Positions 23,185 through 36,087 of a stretch of DNA of 64,000 nucleotides are shown piece by piece. Positions within the stretch are counted from its first letter, which is position 1. Each line of letters opens with the position of its first letter. This stretch comes from Scyliorhinus canicula (taxonomy: Eukaryota): NCBI RefSeq assembly GCF_902713615.1, contig NC_052160.1, forward strand, positions 25,862,083 to 25,926,082, in the 5' to 3' direction. The notes below the pieces were generated by a model. That model made no database searches. It was given only the letters and a program-made list of their open reading frames with translations, and was not told where the DNA came from. Made by a program: the position numbers and the translations under genes.

Positions 23185-24829
23185 GTACTGCTTAAAGGTT
23201 TGATGGTTCAACCTCTGGGCTGAACGACATTCAATTTTGGTGACTTGAATACAGAGCAAGAGGCAAATTCATTGTTTCCATAGAATCCCGACAGTGGAGG
23301 AGGCCATTCGGCCCATTGAGTTTGCACCAACTCCCTGATAGAGCACCCCAGCTAGGCCCACTCCCCAACCTATCCCCTTAACCCTGCGCATTGATCATGG
23401 CCAATCCACCGAACCTGCCCACTTCTGCACTGTAGGGATTCTATGATTCTATCTTTGGACTGTGGGAGGAAACTGGAGCACCCGCAGGAAACCCACACAG
23501 ACACACGGAGGATTTTCAAACTCCACTCAAGACAATCCCAAGATCAGAATTGAATCCTGGTCCCTGGCGCTGTGAGGGAGCAGTGCTAACCACTCTGCCA
23601 CCCATATTAGGCTTCTCCCATAAGAGCAGGAGAAGGCTGCTCGGCCTATCGAGCCCACTCCACCATTGGATAAGATTATCACTGATATGAATGTGGCCTT
23701 AACACCGCGTTCCTGCAGGTCTTCAATCACCCTTATTTAAGGAAGGATGTAAATGTATTTGGGTGCAGTTCTGAGATGGTTTACTAGTCTAAAACCTGGA
23801 GTGCGCAAGTTGTGTAACGAGGAAAGGTTGGACAGGCTCAGTGTGTATCTGCTGGAGTTTAGAAGAATAAGAGGCTACTTGAAAGCAAATAAGATCCTGA
23901 GGGGATGGATGTGGAGAGGATGTTTCCTTTTGTGGGAAAATCTGGCACTAGACTTGGAGGGGGGGGGGGGTGGGGGGGGGGGGGGTCACTGGAGAAATAC
24001 TTTGTCTCAGAGGGTCGAGGGTGTTTTGAATACTGTCTCAAAAGGCAGTGGAAGTAGAATCTTTGAATTAAAAAAAAGTCCAATTAAGGGGCAATTTAGC
24101 ATGGCCAATCACCTACCTTGCACATCTTTGGGTTGTGGGGGTGAGACCAACGCAGACACTGGAAGAATGTGCAAACTCCCCACGAACAGAAACTCAGGGC
24201 CGTGATTGAACCCGGGTCCTCAGCACAGTGAGGCAACAGTGCGAAATGAATCTTTGAATATTTTTAAGGCAATGATAGATAGATTCTTGACAATCAAGGG
24301 TCGGGGGCTAGTCGGGAATGTGATGAGGTTACAGTCTGAGCAGCCAGCATCCTATTGCAGGATGGTGTAGGTTTGAGGGGCCGAGTGGCCTACTCTTCTT
24401 AGTTCATATGTTTGCCTCGTGACCGATATGCCTGCTTTTTTTCTTAAGTTTCATTGTACCAAACATAAGCATCTCCCAAATACACCACCCCACTACCTAG
24501 AAGCTGCAGGCAACAGGACAGGAGTCCCATCACCTCATAAAATCCCGACAGTGCAGAAGGAAGCTATTCGTCACAATAAGCCTGCACCAACCCTCTAACC
24601 CTTGTGAATCAAAAATCCGTCTAACTTGAGTCATTGAATAGATTCAATGACCCAACCTCCACTGCTCTCTATGGAAGAGTTCTAAAGACTAATGACCCCG
24701 AGAAGAAATTCCTCACCCCCATCTTAAATGGGAGAGCCCTAGTTTGAAACTGGAACTCCCTAGTTCTAGATTCCCATGAGAAGAAACATCCTCCCATTTG
24801 GCACCACTCCTGCCTCTGAAACAGCCCCA

Positions 24830-25020
24830 CTCCAGAGACTTGAACACTTAATCCCAGGCTGTCTCTCCCAGTGCCACACATTATTGAGGGAGTGCTGCAT
24901 TTTTGGAGGTGCTGTCATTTGGATGAGATTCTTGACTGTCCGTCTCAGGTAAATATAATAGATGCCGTGCCACTATTTTGAAGAGGAGGAGACTGATCAT
25001 TGATGTCCCAGCCAATCATT
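24830..25020 (+). mobile_element. Deu-domain (SacSINE/AmnSINE-like) SINE remnant
   Basis: GGAGGTGCTGTC..GGATGAGA...CTCAGGT...CACTATTTTGAAGAGGAG Deu-type core; related pieces at 9368-9520 (-) and 44950-45290 (-). Confidence 0.6.
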
Positions 25021-25868
25021 TACTTATTTATTTTTTAAATTTAGAGTACCCAATTCATTTTTTCCAATTAAGGGGCAATTTAGCATGGCCAATACACCTA
25101 CCCTGTTGCACATCTTTGGGTTGTGGGGGCGAAACCCACGCAAACACGGAGAATGTGCAAACTCCACCCGGACATGACCCGGGGTCGGATCGAACCTGGG
25201 ACCTCGACGCGTGAGGCAGCAGTGCTAACCACTGTGCCACCGTGCCACACAGGGGAGGGATCTATGATTCCAAACCAACATAATGTTTCCAGGCTGTTAA
25301 AAGATGAAGCAAAATGCTGGAAAGCATAGCAAGGGGTCAATTTGGGATGTTTTACTGTTAGAACATAGAACATACAGTGCAGGAGGCCATTTGGCCCATC
25401 GAGTCTGCACCGACCCACTTAAGCCCTCACCGACCCACTTAAGCCCTCACTTCCACTCTATCCCCGTAACCCAATAATCCCTCCACATCCACCTACCCTG
25501 TACATTTTGGTTGTTAAAGGCACTATATGAATGCAAGTTGTTGTTTTTGTAACTGGCCTTGGAGTTCTGCGTGAACTTTTGCCCCCCAATTTCAGAAAGT
25601 GATCAAGTTTTTTCAGTGGTTGCAGGAAAGGGCTGCACTGTTGATTGCAGCCGTCTGAGCTTTTCCTTAAACAGTTATGACAATTCAGAACTGCTTCATG
25701 ATCCTTAAAACACTCTTAAAAGACTAATTTAAAGGATCGAACCTGGGTCCTCGGTGCCGTGAGGCAGCAGTGCTAACCACTGCATCGCCATGCCGCCCTA
25801 AAACTCTCTGGTTCAAAATAAGTTTCTGAAAGGTGCTGTATAAATGCAACTCTTTCTTTTCTCTCTAG

Positions 25869-26598
25869 CATTCAGTTCGGTGAGGAAGGAGAGGCTGCCA
25901 GGTCAAGCAGTAGCGATGAGGAAGACAAAGGTGAACAAGTAAAGTTCAAAAACTTTAGGCCCCTTTCTTTATTTTGGCATGATATGGGTACATATATCCC
26001 ACCAATCTCCAGAGCATGGCATGCACCAAAGAAGAACCAGACCGTGCTCCTTATTGGCCCACATATTGAGTGCGACATTGTGTTCCACCAAGCCTTTGAA
26101 GATGATGCGACTTCTAATCACGAAGGAGTGCCAGCTCTTAACTCCATGTTGTCTGTGCAGTTGGATAGCGCAAGCTCCACATCGTCCTCCTCATCGCCCA
26201 TAGAGCCTCAGTGGATTCATCGGCTGTATTCCCCAAGCTCCAGTGGTGGTGGGAGTCCTTTGCGCAAGTCATCCCAACAGCATCCCAGCCCACATTTAAA
26301 ACAGCCTATTAAAATGGAAAGACTACAGATTCAGAAGTACCACGGGGAGGAGGTAGAAACTACTGAATCTACAACCGAGGCAAGCACCCTAGAGAGTTCC
26401 ACAAGTTCTAGCACTGAATCCCTATTGCAGAATTCCCAGAGTACTTCTTTGACCAGTTCCACACAATCCAATGACACAGACTCAGGAACTTCTACCTCAA
26501 CAGAGCAGACGACAAAATCTTCCAGTTCAGACAGAATTGTTGGCACAACTCAACGCACACCTGGGAAGAGAAAGATTCTGTACCATACAGGCAGATAG
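25869..26598 (+). CDS. PDZD9: PDZD9 terminal coding exon with Ser/Thr-rich tail
   Basis: Polypyrimidine tract ctctctag|C; open frame through ORF 25984-26598 to TAG; SSSSDEED and ISRAWH..KK motifs. Confidence 0.82.
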
Positions 26599-27516
26599 CT
26601 GGTTTTCTAAACATAGAATTTACAGCATAGAAACTGGCCATTTGGTCTGTCTGGTCAATGCTGACATTAATGCTCCATATGAATCTTCCCCCATTCCTTT
26701 TTATCTAATCCTATTGCATATCCTTCTATTTCTTTCCTTCTGGCTTCTCCTTAAATGCCCCATCGCTACTTGACGCAGCCATTCCAGTAGAGTTCCAAAT
26801 TCTCACCATTCCCTGGCTAAAGAGGTTTTTCCCTAAATTCCTTATGGATTTATTAATAACTTATATTTATGATCTTTAGTTCTTGTCTCCCACACAAGAT
26901 GGAACATTTTATTTCTGTCCACCCTCATGAGCCCTTTCAATAGTTTGACCACTTGTGTTACACTCGGCCTACAGAAAACCAAGCCTGTTCAATATTTTTC
27001 TGATCGTTCGAACCTTTCAGTATCATTTTTTTGCATCTTCTGTATATCCTTTGTGTAATTTGGGAGGCAAGAACTGTGCAAAATGTGGTCTAATCATAGT
27101 TCTATATTAGTATAAAATAACTTCTCCGTATTTGAATTCTATTTCTCTAGAAATGATTCCCACTGCTTTGTTGCATTTTTATGTCTTGTTTTGTTGACCT
27201 TCCCATTTGCTTCCCAGCAAGGATTTCAAGATCAGTTTTCCATTTGGTGCTGGGTGGATTTTTAGCAGTGTGCAAATGATTGCACCAAGCAGATAAGAAA
27301 CCTGCCCATCTGAAGCTTACCCTTTTCACCAGTATGTGGTGCTGATTCTTGTATCAAGGTTGAAGAATGAGTTATATTCAACAGAAAGCAAGGGAATTCT
27401 CGGTTTGCCAACAAAAACAGACATGTAATAGTTACACAAGGAAGTGTCAGGATTATGATGATTCTTCAGATATTGGAACTTAGATGTTTGTTTCCTCAGT
27501 GAACCATTAGCGCGGG

Positions 27517-27522
27517 AATAAA
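27517..27522 (+). terminator. Candidate PDZD9 poly(A) signal AATAAA
   Basis: First canonical AATAAA I find on + after the PDZD9 stop at 26598. Confidence 0.4.
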
Positions 27523-27559
27523 GAATAATGCACGTATTTCCTGGAACCATGATATATAT

Positions 27560-27565
27560 TTTATT
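27560..27565 (-). terminator. UQCRC2 poly(A) signal AATAAA
   Basis: First AATAAA on the - strand after the stop codon (52 nt downstream). Confidence 0.6.
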
Positions 27566-27617
27566 TGCATTGAGTGTGCCAATACAGCTCTACAGTTGTA
27601 TCGGTGAAAGAATAAAT

Positions 27618-27701
27618 TTACAATTCATCAAGGAAAGGTGTGTTGGCCAAATTGCCGCTGGCCGCCATGGACTTCTTACTAGACACAAACTTCTTTGCAG
27701 C
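27618..27701 (-). CDS. UQCRC2: UQCRC2 exon 14 (coding part)
   Basis: [27 protein letters not shown]; 84 nt. Confidence 0.97.
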   Translation of the reverse strand, partial: AAKKFVSSKKSMAASGNLANTPFLDEL

Positions 27702-28526
27702 CTGAAAAGCAAATAAAATATATCAGTACTTGGAGATATGGCATCACAAGTCCGCTCAAAAGGCTTGTTTGCCCCTACCTGGAAAAAACATCTTAAATAG
27801 CAATTTCAAAATCTGAAGTCAACCCTGTTTCTGAATTTGAGTACCAGCTGGACAGTTGAGTATATTTTACTATGTTTAATGACACAATACAAGTGCAAGC
27901 TGTTGTAGTCCTCTCCCTTGCCTGCGATCATAGTGACGACCTGTGCTGAGTCCGTGAAAGGCAACAGCAGTCTCCAGAGCCTAAAATGGCCCTTCTCCCA
28001 AATACCTGTTGTTCTAACTATGGAATGAAGTGGACAAAGTTTGAACTACAATCGCTGCAATATAAAAGCATCTGTGGACACTGCTATGATCCCAGTGGAG
28101 ACTGATGATTTTTAAAAGAAAGGAATCCTCATAATGCCAACAGAAAGAAAACTAGTGGGAGCACGATTTCACATTTTAAACCATTTACTGTAACAAACCA
28201 ACTAAAGCCAACATAATTCAAACATTAACAAGTGAAAAATATTTTACAACGGCAAGTTTCACTTTAAATAGTCAAGCACTCGCATTACTTCCCACACAAA
28301 TGTGGCGATACATGCAATCTCGTCTTTCTAGCTCAGCCTTGATACTGCAGGGTTATGTCACCTCTCACTCAATTAATTTGGCCCTCAAGAGGCATTCACC
28401 AGCAGCTGTATTCCAACCGAAGTCCCTGGACATGGTTAACAAGGCCCACATCCAAACTCTCTCATGAAGGTCCTGATAGTACAGAATCTTCAGAGACCTC
28501 CTTCTCCTATCCCTTCAGTCAGGTAG

Positions 28527-28707
28527 GCTCTGGCTGGTTTAGCACAAGTGGGCTAAACAGCTGGCTTGTGATGCAGAACAATGCTAGCAGCGCAGGTTCA
28601 ATTCCCGTTCCAGCCTCCCAGAACAGGCGCCAGAATATGGAGACTAGGGGCTTTTCACGGTAACTTCATTGAAGCCTACTTGTGACAATAAGCGATTATT
28701 ATTATTA
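28527..28707 (+). mobile_element. tRNA-derived SINE, head type 2 variant
   Basis: Same tail ending GATTATTATTATTA. Confidence 0.8.
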
Positions 28708-29269
28708 AAACTGAAACTGCAGCAGAGAGTCTTGTCAAATTCACAATCCATTGTTCTTACTGTCTTTGGTGCTCTATCCTTTCCACAGTTTAAAACACAC
28801 AGTAATATGATCTCTGCTCTATTATCAGAGATCTACTTCAACGCGAGGATCTGTTCTCAACTGTCAAACAGAAACTGATTCATTCATGGAGAACCTTGCT
28901 TGCTTCCTCGCACCAATTCTGTGCCTTTTAGTGTGCAAAGACAGGCTGAAATCTAACACCTATGAAATTAGCTTTCTATTTACTCTTAACTTCGCAAACT
29001 TGTGGCAGCCTGAAGTTGCATGTAACTGTCTTGGAACCTGATGATATCATAACCAATAAACCCCTTTCAGAAAACCCCCCCAATTCACCTTGGTATCGAA
29101 AAGAGACATGGCATACAAATAAACTACAGGCTTTCTCAAAGATACATGGGTTATCACAGTACACACCACCCCAGTATTCTCGAAGCACAGGCTGAGGCAC
29201 ATAAAGTAAAACGGATAGTTGAGTGATCCTGCCAACTCAAAGCGGAGTGGAACAGTCAGATGTGGCTTT

Positions 29270-31789
29270 TTAAAAAAAAAAATTTTTTTTATTGGAATTT
29301 TTTACAGAAAATATAAATCATAACGACAAACAATGAAATGCAACAAAATAACCCATAATAACTGTAACACCCCCCAGACCGTATCGACACATGTATCACA
29401 TCCCCCCAACCCCAATGAACAACAAAAGAACTTAAAAATAAATTTAAATTAAATAAACAAACATAGTCATCGTCCCCCCCCTTTTCCCTCCCCCTTCCCC
29501 CCCCGGGTTGCTGCTGCTACTGTCCCCGTACCCTATCGTTGAGCCAGAAAGTCGAGGAAAGGCTGCCACCGCCTAAAGAACCCTTGTACCGACCCTCTCA
29601 GGGCGAATTTGACCTTCTCTAGCTTAATGAAACCCGCCATGTCATTGATCCAGGTCTCCACGCTTGGGGGCCTCGCATCCTTCCATTGTAGCAAGATCCT
29701 TCGCCGGCCTACTAGGGACGCAAAGGCCAGCACACCGGCCTCTTTCGCCTCCTGCACTCCCGGCTCCACCCCAACCCCAAAAATCGCTAGTCCCCATCCT
29801 GGCTTGACCCTGGATCCCACCACCCTCGACACCGTCCTCGCCACCCCCTTCCAGAACTCCTCCAGTGCCGGGCATGCCCAGAACATATGGGCATGGTTCG
29901 CTGGACTCCCCGAGCACCTGACACACCTGTCTTCACCCCCAAAGAACCTACTCATCCTCGTCCCAATCATGTGGGCCCGGTGCAGCACCTTGAATTGGAT
30001 GAGGCTAAGCCGCGCACACGAGGAGGAAGAATTAACCCTCTCCAGGGCATCAGCCCATGTCCCGTCTTCGATCTGTTCCCCCAGTTCCCCCTCCCACTTA
30101 GCTTTCAGCTCCTCTACTGACGCCTCCTCCGCCTCCTGCATAACCTTGTAGATATCAGATATCTTCCCCTCTCCAACCCAGACCCCCGAAAGCACACTGT
30201 CACTCACCCCCCTCGCGGGAAGCGAAGGGAATCCCTCCACCTGCCGTCTAGCAAATGCCTTTACCTGCAGATACCTGAACATGTTTCCCGGGGGAAGCCC
30301 AAATTTCTCCTCCAACTCCCCCAGGCTCGCAAACCTCCCATCAATAAACAGGTCCCTCAGCTGTCTGATGCCCGCTCTGTGCCAACCCTGAAATCCCCCA
30401 TCAATGTTCCCCGGGACGAACCTATGGTTCCCCCTTAACGGAGCCTCCATCGAGCCCCCCACCTCTCCCCTATGTCGCCTCCACTGCCCCCAAATCTTGA
30501 GGTTAGCCGCCACCACCAGACTCGTGGTATACCTCGTAGGAGGGAGCGGCCACGGCGCCGTTACCAGGGCCCCCAGGCTTGTATCTCCACAGGACGCCCT
30601 CTCCATCTGTTTCCATGCTGCCCCCTCCCCCTCCATTACCCACTTGCGCACCATCGACACATTGGCCGCCCAATAATACCCCGAGAGATTGGGTAACGCC
30701 AGCCCCCCCCCATCTCTACCCCGCTCCAAGAAGACCCTCTTCACCCTCGGGGTCCCATGCGCCCAAACAAAGCTCATGATGCTGCTAGTCACCCTTCTAA
30801 AAAAGGCCGTAGGGATAAAGATGGGCAAACACTGAAAAAGGAACAAGAACCTCGGGAGAACCGTCATTTTGACAGACTGCACTCTACCCGGCAACGATAG
30901 CGGCACCATGTCCCACCTTTTAAATTCCTCCTCCATCTGCTCCACCAGCCTGGTAAAATTAAGCTTATGGAGAGGCCCCCAACTCCTGGCCACCTGCACC
31001 CCCAGGTATCTGAATCTCTTCACTGCCCTCTTAAATGGGAGTCTCCCAATTCCCTCCTCCTGATCACCCGGGTGTACTACAAATACCTCGCTCTTGCCTA
31101 AATTTAACTTATAGCCCGAGAAGCCCCCAAATTCCGCTAACAGCTCCATCACCCCCGGCATTCCCCCTTCTGGATCCGCCACATACAACAGCAGGTCGTC
31201 CGCATACAGCGATACCCGATGTTCCTCCCCACCCCGCACCAGACCCCTCCATCTCCCTGACTCCCTCAACGCCATAGCCAAAGGTTCAATCGCCAGTGCA
31301 AAGAGCAAGGGGGACAGGGGGCACCCTGCCTGGTCCCACGGTAGAGCCTAAAGTACTCCGATCTCCTTCCATTGGTAACTACACTTGCCATCGGAGCCGC
31401 GTAGAGCAGCCTCACCCATTTGATGAACCCCTCCCCGAATCCGAACCACTCCAGCACCTCCCACAGGTACCCCCACTCAACTCTATCAAACGCCTTCTCT
31501 GCATCCAGCGCCACCACTATCTCCGCCTCCCCCTCCACTGCCGGCATCATAATAACATTTAGCAGTCTCCGCACATTCGTGTTGAGCTGCCGTCCCTTGA
31601 CAAATCCTGTCTGATCCTCGTGTATCACCCCTGGCATACAGTCCTCTATCCTGGTGGCCAGGATCTTCGCCAGCAACTTAGCGTCAACATTGAGGAGCGA
31701 GATAGGCCTGTATGATCCACACTGCAAGGGGTCCTTATCCCGCTTCAGGATCAGAGAGATCAGTGCCCGCGACATTGTCGGGGGCAAAG

Positions 31790-31833
<44 letters not shown>

Positions 31834-32060
31834 CATGCCTCATTGAAGGTTCGCACCAACAGGGGGCCCACCAGATCCGCATACTTTTTATAAAATTCCA
31901 CCGACAACCTGTCCGGCCCCGGCGCCTTACCTGACTGCATTACCAATCCCCCTGACTAGCTCCTCCAACTCTATCGGCGCCCCCAGCCCCTCTACCAGCT
32001 CCTCTTGAACCCTTGGGAAACATAGCCTGTTCATGAAGCTCTCCATCCCCCCTCTCCCCA
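29270..32060 (-). mobile_element. Young 5'-truncated L1-clade LINE in UQCRC2 intron 13
   Basis: 226-aa plus 591-aa ORF2 pieces separated by one frameshift (YADDLLLY RT motif); perfect 16-bp TSD AGTCAGATGTGGCTTT (29254-29269, 32061-32076). Confidence 0.96.
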
Positions 32061-32774
32061 AGTCAGATGTGGCTTTACGTATCTAGTCTGTGCTGAGTCC
32101 TACCCCCCCCCCCCCCATACCTGGAAACACCATTGCAATCCTGCAGAAAGCTCTATATTCGCGGCTTAACAAGGTATGGTCAATAAACATCAGTGTTACC
32201 CAGCATCCCACAAATTAGTGAAATATTTTGGCTCAAGCAATGGTGGCTGGCCCCTGGATCCTTGTACTCTGGCCTTGATCTACTGGGAGATGTGCCTGGA
32301 CATGGGATGAAAGTGTTTTTTTTCAATAAATTTAAGTACCCAATTCATTTTTTCCAATTAAGGGGCAATTGAACGTGCCCAATTCACCTACCCTGCACAT
32401 CTTTGGGTTGTGGGGGTGAAACCCATGCAAACACGGGGAGAATGTGCAAACTCCACACGGACAGTGTCCCAGAGCCAGGATCGAACTTGGGACCTCGGCG
32501 CCATGAGACAGCAGGGCTAACCCACTGCGCCACCGTACTGTCCGAAAGTGGGAGTTTAAGGCCAAGCTGCAATGCACTCCCAACACATGCCCAGCATCCC
32601 CACCATGCAGAGCTGTATCTACTAACACAACATTTACACACAATGTACAAAAAGGTACACACCAGCATTCAGTGTTATCATTTGGGGAGAGACAATGGGA
32701 ATAGGGAAGTGGAATGATTTCAGCAATAATGCAATATGTCAATGCTGTAGATGGTTAGTCAAAATATCACTTAC

Positions 32775-32928
32775 ATTCACCACATCATTGACGGACACAG
32801 AGTCAACTTGCTGAATCAGGTCAGGTGTGGGCACATATGCACCAGTCAGCAGTACCTGAGAACCAATCTCATCCAGCAGTCCATCAGACTGTTCAACTGC
32901 CATCAGGCACTTGGCTTTCAATTGGTTC
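32775..32928 (-). CDS. UQCRC2: UQCRC2 exon 13
   Basis: NQLKAKCLMAVEQSDGLLDEIGSQ...QQVDSVSVNDVVN; 154 nt. Confidence 0.97.
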
Positions 32929-33880
32929 CTGTAAAATAATCCAGTGTCCATCAAAACTGCACCAGGACAGGAAGCAATAAAACTTTCAAACTGAATAATT
33001 TTCCTTTAGCAGTTTGGATGATCACTAAAAATAGTTACTTGTTTACAGCCCTACTCTGTAATGATTTGAAGTGGCAACAGAAATCAAACCTGAAGTTCCA
33101 AGGGCCAAGTAGACAAGAGACACACAGGGAGGTAATTGGCAATAGGAGCAGAGGGAGTAGTGAGTTTTTTTTAAAATGCGAATTATGATGATCTGGAATT
33201 CACTGCCTGAAACAGGCTGGGAGCAGATTCAATCGTAACTTACAACCGGGAATCGAATAAAGACTTGGAGGAAAATCTGAAGGGTTATAGGGGAGGAGGA
33301 AGAGTGGAAATAATCTCACATCTTTTTTTTAATATAAATTTAGAATATCCAATTATATTTTTCCCATTAAGGGGCAATTTAGTGTGGCCAATTCACCTAA
33401 CCTGCACATTTTTGGGTTGTAGGGGTGAAACCCACGCAGACACGGGGAGAATGTGCAAACTCCACACGGGCAGTGACCCAGGGCCGGGATTGAACCTGGG
33501 TCCTTAGCACCATAGGCAGCAATGCTAACCACTGTGCCGCCCCCTCACAGCCTTTTTAGGGTCCTGGCAAGCGCACAATGAGCCAAATGACCTCCTTCGG
33601 TGCTGTACAATTCTATGACCTGAACTTTGTTTTCAATTTATTTCTTTTATCTCTAATCTGCCAATTCTCTCCTGCTGGTATGTCTTCACTGGCACTCACT
33701 GCTCTCCAGAGAAAGATCATTGAATTGAAATATTAACTGTTTCCCGTTACACTGATGCTGCCTGATTTACTAAATATTTCCAGTATTTTCTGCTTCTATT
33801 TCTAGCCCATACCATAGGATTTACTCTCAATGCTCCTGAATGTAACTTAAAACATTTTATTTGTACAGTCGGCAGCTTAC

Positions 33881-33957
33881 TTGGCCCGTGTGATATCAGC
33901 CTCAGTGACATTGCCTTGAGCGACGCTCTTGACTTCAGACATTGCAGTCTTGATTAC
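33881..33957 (-). CDS. UQCRC2: UQCRC2 exon 12
   Basis: VIKTAMSEVKSVAQGNVTEADITRA; 77 nt. Confidence 0.96.
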
Positions 33958-35548
33958 CTGCGATTAAAAGTTTACATTTTTCAACAATAAAACTCAAACC
34001 AAAGCCAAAAATACTTTTGATTGTTTTTAATTTATTTCAAGGAATGTGGGCGTCATTGGCAGGGCCAGCATTTTTTACCCATCCCTCTTTGCCTTGGGTG
34101 GAGTGGCCTGCTAGGTCATTTCAGAGGGCCATTATGAGTCAAGCTTTACTGTGGATTGAGTCACATGTAGACCAGACCGGGTAAGGGTGGCAGATTATTG
34201 AACATCCTATTATAATACAGTCCTAGTTTTATCAACTGTTAATCATACTGCTGGATTAAAAGGTTAAAGACACCTGTCAAACTGCTGAAACTTGACAAGG
34301 AGAACAAGGAAATTAATATTGATGCTAGTTATAATATAGACTTTCCCATAAACTAAGGATCATGCACTTTTACTAGTGCATTTATCTAATACAAACAGCC
34401 TATGTAAACATGTTACAGGGTAATTACACCCTCTCAATGGTGCCACTGGAGCAGCTTAGTTTCGAATGTTTTAGTCCCTCAGTCTGCTCTACAGGGAAAT
34501 CTGTGCTCCAACCAGCTCTTCCTCTGCTGCCTGAATTGGCAAACATGTCACTGCATAAAGAAAGAAAGATCGACCTGCATTTATAAGGAACCATTCACAA
34601 CCATGGTATGGACCTTTGACGTGTAGACACTGTTGTAATGTAGAGAACAGAGCAGCCAATTTCCACACAAGCTCGCACAAAAAGTAATGTGACAATAGAT
34701 TAGATCATTGTGTGATGCTCAATTAAAAACAGTATTATAAAATTGAATAATTGTACAAGATAAGGACAGAATGTATTACTTTAAAATAAGGATGGAATTA
34801 CATCCGCGTTCTTTGACCCAATTATTCTCTGGTCCATCCTTCACCCAAAAACTACTTTTGATCTTGACTGTGTGCAATGCCACAAGACATTGACTAATAA
34901 GTCAAGATTATAATCACCTGTGACACCTGAAAATGTAGTTGTGCTGAGTACATTAAAAAGCTACTTTGAATTTGAAATACAGACACAGCTATTGAGCCAA
35001 GTAGGTTAACGTTCCATATGAACCTTCTCCCCCTCTCTACGTCTCCCCCTATCAGCGTATCCTTCTATTCCTTGCTCCTTCATGTATTTACCTAGCTTCC
35101 CTTAAAATATATCCATGCTATTTTGTCTCAAACACCCACTATTGTATTGAGTTCTGCATTCCCACCACTCTGAGTAAAGTAGTCATAGAATCATAAAATC
35201 CTCAGTGATTTCTCTTGAATTCCCTATTAGATTTACTTGTGACTATCTTATACTTACGACCCATAGCTTTGAATCCTCTCCATCAATTGGAAACATCTCT
35301 ACATCTATTCTATCAAATCCTTTATTATTTTAAAGACCTCTATCAATAGAGTCATCCTCGACTTTGTTTTGTAGATAAAACCGACTGTTCAGCCCAACAT
35401 GATTTCCCCTTCTATTTCCCCATATTGCAAACACTGTAAATGTCAGTTACAGATCATTATGACATAGCTGTAAACTGAGGAATAGCAGATGAGCAATCAT
35501 CTGAGAGCTGACAGATTTTAGTGAAAAGCTTGCAGTGTTGATACATAC

Positions 35549-35629
35549 GTCACTTGCTGAATCCACCTGTGAGATGGTGTAAACGCCAAACAGCCCAGAG
35601 TCTGAGTAACCTGCACTGAATGCAGAAAC
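35549..35629 (-). CDS. UQCRC2: UQCRC2 exon 11
   Basis: VSAFSAGYSDSGLFGVYTISQ; 81 nt. Confidence 0.97.
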
Positions 35630-35736
35630 CTGTTTACAGGAATACATTTTAATCAAAGTCAGTCTAGAAAGTGCCAATTAAAAACAAAAATGGGTTCAAA
35701 ATGTCAGATATAATTTAGTGCAGTAGCAAAACTCAC

Positions 35737-35936
35737 ATCAAACAGCTCTGCATTTTTCTTCATCACTGCCTGATGCAACCTGCTGGTCACATTACTTCCC
35801 CTCTTGATATATGGACCAGCAGCAAGAACGTGCTGCAGGACACTGTACACACGGGCCTCAGGTCTACCAGAGGCTGCACTCTCAGCTACCACAGCAGCAT
35901 GAACCAGATGGTCATTATTCTGATCGCGAATCTCAC
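35737..35936 (-). CDS. UQCRC2: UQCRC2 exon 10
   Basis: [19 protein letters not shown]...[14 protein letters not shown]...FD; 200 nt. Confidence 0.97.
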
Positions 35937-36087
35937 CTGCAGAAAGACAAAGATCACAGGTTATAGAAGATGAACTTTTCCCAATTAGTTTCCATTTCAG
36001 CTAACAATGATCAATTTTCTTTACAAATTATATTTTATGATATATATACACTAACAGCAAGATATTTCTGTTGTACAACCCTCCAAT

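Larger units (their letters stand above)
1306..26598 (+). other. PDZD9: Gene model: PDZ domain-containing protein 9, join(1306..1342 candidate,6045..6227,23007..23184,25869..26598), about 375 aa
   Basis: Spliced translation GLGLVLIEHGSFLQILRI...NLKPG|DILVKVGTKNVLGHNLRELRHL...QLTVYRNY...|...ISRAWHAPKKNQTVLLIGPHIECDIVFH...DSASSTSSSS resembles human PDZD9 as I recall it. Splice phases are compatible (1,1,2), and the gene is tail-to-tail with UQCRC2 as in mammals. Confidence 0.85.

Noticed and set aside
25411-25450. Perfect 20-bp tandem duplication
   Set aside because: Simple slippage within a SINE/CR1 tail remnant; no sign of function.
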